A stretch of DNA of 64,000 nucleotides, from positions 65,100,001-65,164,000 of the forward strand of contig NW_027361738.1 in the NCBI RefSeq assembly GCF_039654945.1, in the 5' to 3' direction. Position numbers and translations under genes: made by a program. Origin of the DNA: Dendrobates tinctorius (Eukaryota). Positions 60,400 to 64,000 of the stretch are shown piece after piece. Each line of letters begins with the position of its first letter. Positions within the stretch are counted from its first letter, which is position 1. The notes beneath the pieces were generated by a model, which was given only the letters and a program-made list of their open reading frames with translations, had not been told where the DNA came from and ran no database searches.

Positions 60400-61914
60400 T
60401 AAGCTCTAGGTAAAAACAGGAAGTCTCTTTTCCCTGCATGGGTCATCCCTCTCTCCAAGTCCTTACCCAGTTGCTCCCTCCTTCCCTCTGCCAGGGTCTT
60501 TTCAGTGATGTAGAAATGTAGTTCTAATGATGACTCATGTAAGTAAAAAAAAAAAGAAAAAAAAAGACGATTTGACCTCCTATTTTACCTAATAATTGTA
60601 GTATTCAGTATTGCACTTTTCTCGACATTTAAATAAAAAAAACCCCTAAGATTTTCTAGAGTCTTAGAGTATGTGCACACGTTGTATTTTTGCTAGTTTT
60701 TTTAAGCGGAATCTTCAAGTTTTTGAGTTTTGAGGAGGAATTTGAGAGTTTGCTCCAAAATCTCCTTTGTCTGCACATTCCCTCATAGTAAGAACTATTC
60801 GGTAATTTTTCTCCAAGGTGATGACTTACTATGCAAACACAAGGATAGACTTGCCCCTGTGCATAGAATTTGCCCCGGGGGCAGAGCTGTGTGTCGCTGA
60901 TAGTGGATTTATTCCTCTCTGTTGTTTAGTCAGCGTTTCATACAAGCTTAAATTTAAGCAAGGAGTGAAAAAAAAAAAAATTCCTAGCTCGGTATTTCAC
61001 AGATCGTATCAATATTTCCATTATAATGAAGCTTTGATGTTCAGAACAGGAATGCAGAATGTTACAATGTTCTGCCGTCTGGTAACAGAAATATTTAGGT
61101 AGATCCAGCTTTGATCGCCATTTAGTTTCGATTTTACTTGTATAGTGACAACATATTCTGCAGCGCAGTACAGAGGTCATCCACCTCTTGTCACCTGAAG
61201 CTCGCAATCTAAATTCCAACTTAGAATGTTTGGGTTTTGTTTTCAAGTTTGGGAGGAAATGTAAAAATCTAGAGCAAAAACCGGGAAACGCACGGTCTAT
61301 GCAGAGTTCAGCTCTGTTCACATGTTGCAGTTTTGCAGTGTTTCTAGAGAAAGAAGAACGCAGGTAAAGCAGGATGTGAAACCCAATTTTTTTCCTTTTT
61401 TTTTACCAATATAATCCATAATCTCTTGATATCGTCGCATGAGTATGGATATTAGTAATTTTTTTTTTATTGTTATGTAATTTGCACTTAGTGTTTTTTT
61501 TTTTTTTTAAAGCATTCCATTAATTTCTCCCCACTTCAAGCACAGGTTAATTTCAATTACTGATATGTGTTAGGTTATGTTCACACTGGACATTTTTTTG
61601 CTGTGGTTTTTTTTATGCAGCAAACAACGGCTACGGGCAAACACGCTGCCCAAAAAATGCAGGTATCAATTTTTGTTGCTTTTTTTGGTGCAAAAACCTT
61701 AAGGAAGTCGCATCATGAGTTGTTTTTTTTTGGGGGGGGGGGCAGTAAACTTTATCAGCATGCACAAAAGGCAACAAAAATGCTGCAAATAAGCAACAAA
61801 AAAAAAAAAAGCAGCAAAATATGGCAGGAATATGGAAAGTCTTGTCGTTAAGATTTTGACGTCGCCAATGAGAAATCTGCCTTGAAACCTACATCCGTCG
61901 CTGAAACCTGAATC

Positions 61915-62078
61915 TCGCATGTCCTCCCCATGTGTATATGTATACATTTCCTCCAGTTTCCTCTGACACTCCGAAGACAGTGATAGGGAATTTAGATGTG
62001 AGTCCTAGTGATGAAAATGACTGTACAGTGCTGCGGAATATGTCGGCGCTATATAAGCAACAGAAAAATATAAATAAA
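61915..62078 (+). mobile_element. SINE 3' fragment with L2-type tail
   Basis: GATAGGGAATTTAGATGTGAG...GTGCTGCGGAATATGTCGGCGCTATATAA. Confidence 0.65.
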
Positions 62079-63036
62079 CGTAGAAAAAAGGGAATCTACT
62101 GCTCTTTACTGAGGCAGGTTTGCTATTTAAGAGACTAATGACACACGAGACTGTGCTGTATAATTCTTGATCCTTTGACTGTCCACTAACTAACGATGCC
62201 AATGGTGACGAATCAAAAATTTGATCCTTAAAAAAATTAAAAATAAATAAATTTGTCTTCACCTTCTTGTGGTTAACGCCACCTAAACTGCATGTTTTCT
62301 AACGTTGGCCACAAGGAGGCACTGTTCTGTGGAAGTCGATCGATGATCTCCTACACCAGCCAAGACAGTGGTGACAGCAATATTACTGATATCAAAAAGT
62401 GATGGAAATATTAAAACCATTCTGGTCAAGGTGCCGGACCTTATTCACACATCAGTTTTTTGGTTTTTTTTTCATGTGCGATAAATACGGACGAAGTTTC
62501 ATCAGTGTGGTCGGAGTGTCGTCAGGTTTCTTGTACGTAAAAAAAAAAAAAAAGTATTTCCACCTTGTCCTATCAGAGTCCGTAAAAATCGGATCGCACT
62601 TGGATGCTGTCCAACATCAGCAATTCTGATCCGACACCCTGATCAAAATCAGACACGTTTCCACGATTTTGCACAGACCCCTCAGTCCGAGGAAGAATCG
62701 GACATGTGAATGGCCCTATATACTATCAGGGGTCCCCGAGTCCTATCCTTGAAAAAACACAACGCTCGTACAAGAAAAACTGAAGTCTGAATGAGGCCTT
62801 AAGCTTAGAGCATTTTATTTCATGTAAATAGGATGTGAGGAGAAAACCAATTTCCTAAAAAACTAAATCATCCTCAGTCCTTCTATTTACTAAATTCTGA
62901 TGCCACAATCTGAGAATCTGCCAAAAACAGATAGTGGTTGGAGATATTGGAAACATTTGGGTAGTAATTGCCTTAAAATCTCCATGAATTCTGTTTTCAG
63001 AATATTCAGACAACTAATAGCTCATTGTGCCTTTAA

Positions 63037-63408
63037 GGCCATGTGCACACGATGCAGAATTCCTGCGGATCCGCAGCGGATTTTACCGCGCAGAAACGCT
63101 GCGGATCCGCAGTGTGATTTACAGTAGCATGTAAATCAATAAAAAATAAAAATCCGCTGTGCAGACGCTGCGGTTTTTTCCGCGCGGTTTTCCTGTGGTA
63201 CAAAATCCGCAGCATGTCACTTCTTTTGTGCGGTTTTCCACCTCCCCAGTCTCCAAATCCGCAGGGGGAAAACCGCACAAAAACCGCAAGAAAACCGCAT
63301 TAAAAATGGATGAAATCCTCAGGAAAAATGCAGGTCATTTGACCTGCGGATTTCTTCAATTCTGCGTGGAAAAATCCACAGGGCAAAAAAGTACGTGTGC
63401 ACTCAGCC
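63037..63408. mobile_element. PIF/Harbinger-type MITE
   Basis: TAA|GGCCATGTGCACACG...CGTGTGCACTCAGCC|TAA. Confidence 0.78.
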
Positions 63409-63465
63409 TAATACGGGGTAGAAATGTCTTGTACTTGTGTCGCATTGTGCAGCAAGTTTACTTAA

Positions 63466-63880
63466 AGGGAATCTGTCATCAGGTTTTTGCTACCTCAACC
63501 GAGAGCAGCAGGATGTAGGAATAGAGACCCTGAATCCAACGATGTATCACTTAGATTACTTGGTGCAGAAGTTCTGAAACAATCCAAGTTTTTAGTTTTA
63601 GCAATGAAGCAGAGCTGAGAAAGCTAACTCCGCCCACACCAGGCTCCCTGTGTACATTGTATATTGATAGCGAACTGCTTATCAGAGGAAGGGGCATGGT
63701 TGATCTAACTTGCTCGTGCCAGCTAGTCAGGGTAAGGATAATCACCCGGTGATAAAACCTTCACTGAAAGTAAACTACAGCACACAGCTTGATAAGTGAC
63801 ACATTGTTGAAATCTGTGTTTCAGCCTCTATCTCCTACTGTCTTCTGATTACAGAGCAAAAACCTGCTGACAGATTCCCT
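63466..63880. mobile_element. Kolobok/T2-type MITE
   Basis: TTAA|AGGGAATCTGTCA...TGACAGATTCCCT|TTAA. Confidence 0.82.
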
Positions 63881-64000
63881 TTAACCTCTGATACATTGTC
63901 ATACTGATCTGTACCTGCATAATTAGCTGTGACAAACTTGTCTCTGCTACATCTGTAATAGTGTTTCAGTGTTGACAAATGAAATATCTCCATCTACCAT

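Noticed and set aside
58925-64000. PRTFDC1 exons 8-9
   Set aside because: No GFEIP...VGYALDYNE-like exon was found, so they are presumed to lie beyond the window.

Overview
Repeat-rich vertebrate genomic DNA, most likely from a frog (inferred from the repeat families). Two spliced + strand genes lie in their known vertebrate order. ENKUR (enkurin) is complete, with 5 coding exons at 7094-20488. PRTFDC1, the HPRT1 paralog, has coding exons 1-7 at 32866-58924, and its last two exons lie beyond the window. An RFX X-box and a strong minus-strand splice donor upstream of ENKUR suggest a head-to-head promoter, possibly shared with THNSL1. Transposable elements fill the introns and intergenic DNA: a full-length Ngaro-type tyrosine-recombinase retrotransposon with split direct repeats and an SGNH-hydrolase ORF (44185-50931), a chromodomain Gypsy element nested in an RTE LINE, a Tc1 transposon, three related solo LTRs, an L2 LINE with partner tRNA-derived SINEs, and many Harbinger-, Kolobok/T2- and hAT-type MITEs. 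The most unusual features are two short non-coding palindromic insertions, each with a 15-16 bp target-site duplication and minimal hammerhead-ribozyme motifs (Penelope-like pLTRs). One is in ENKUR intron 2; the other is in PRTFDC1 intron 1 and has a variant catalytic core. All identifications were made by eye against recalled family features; no searches were run.
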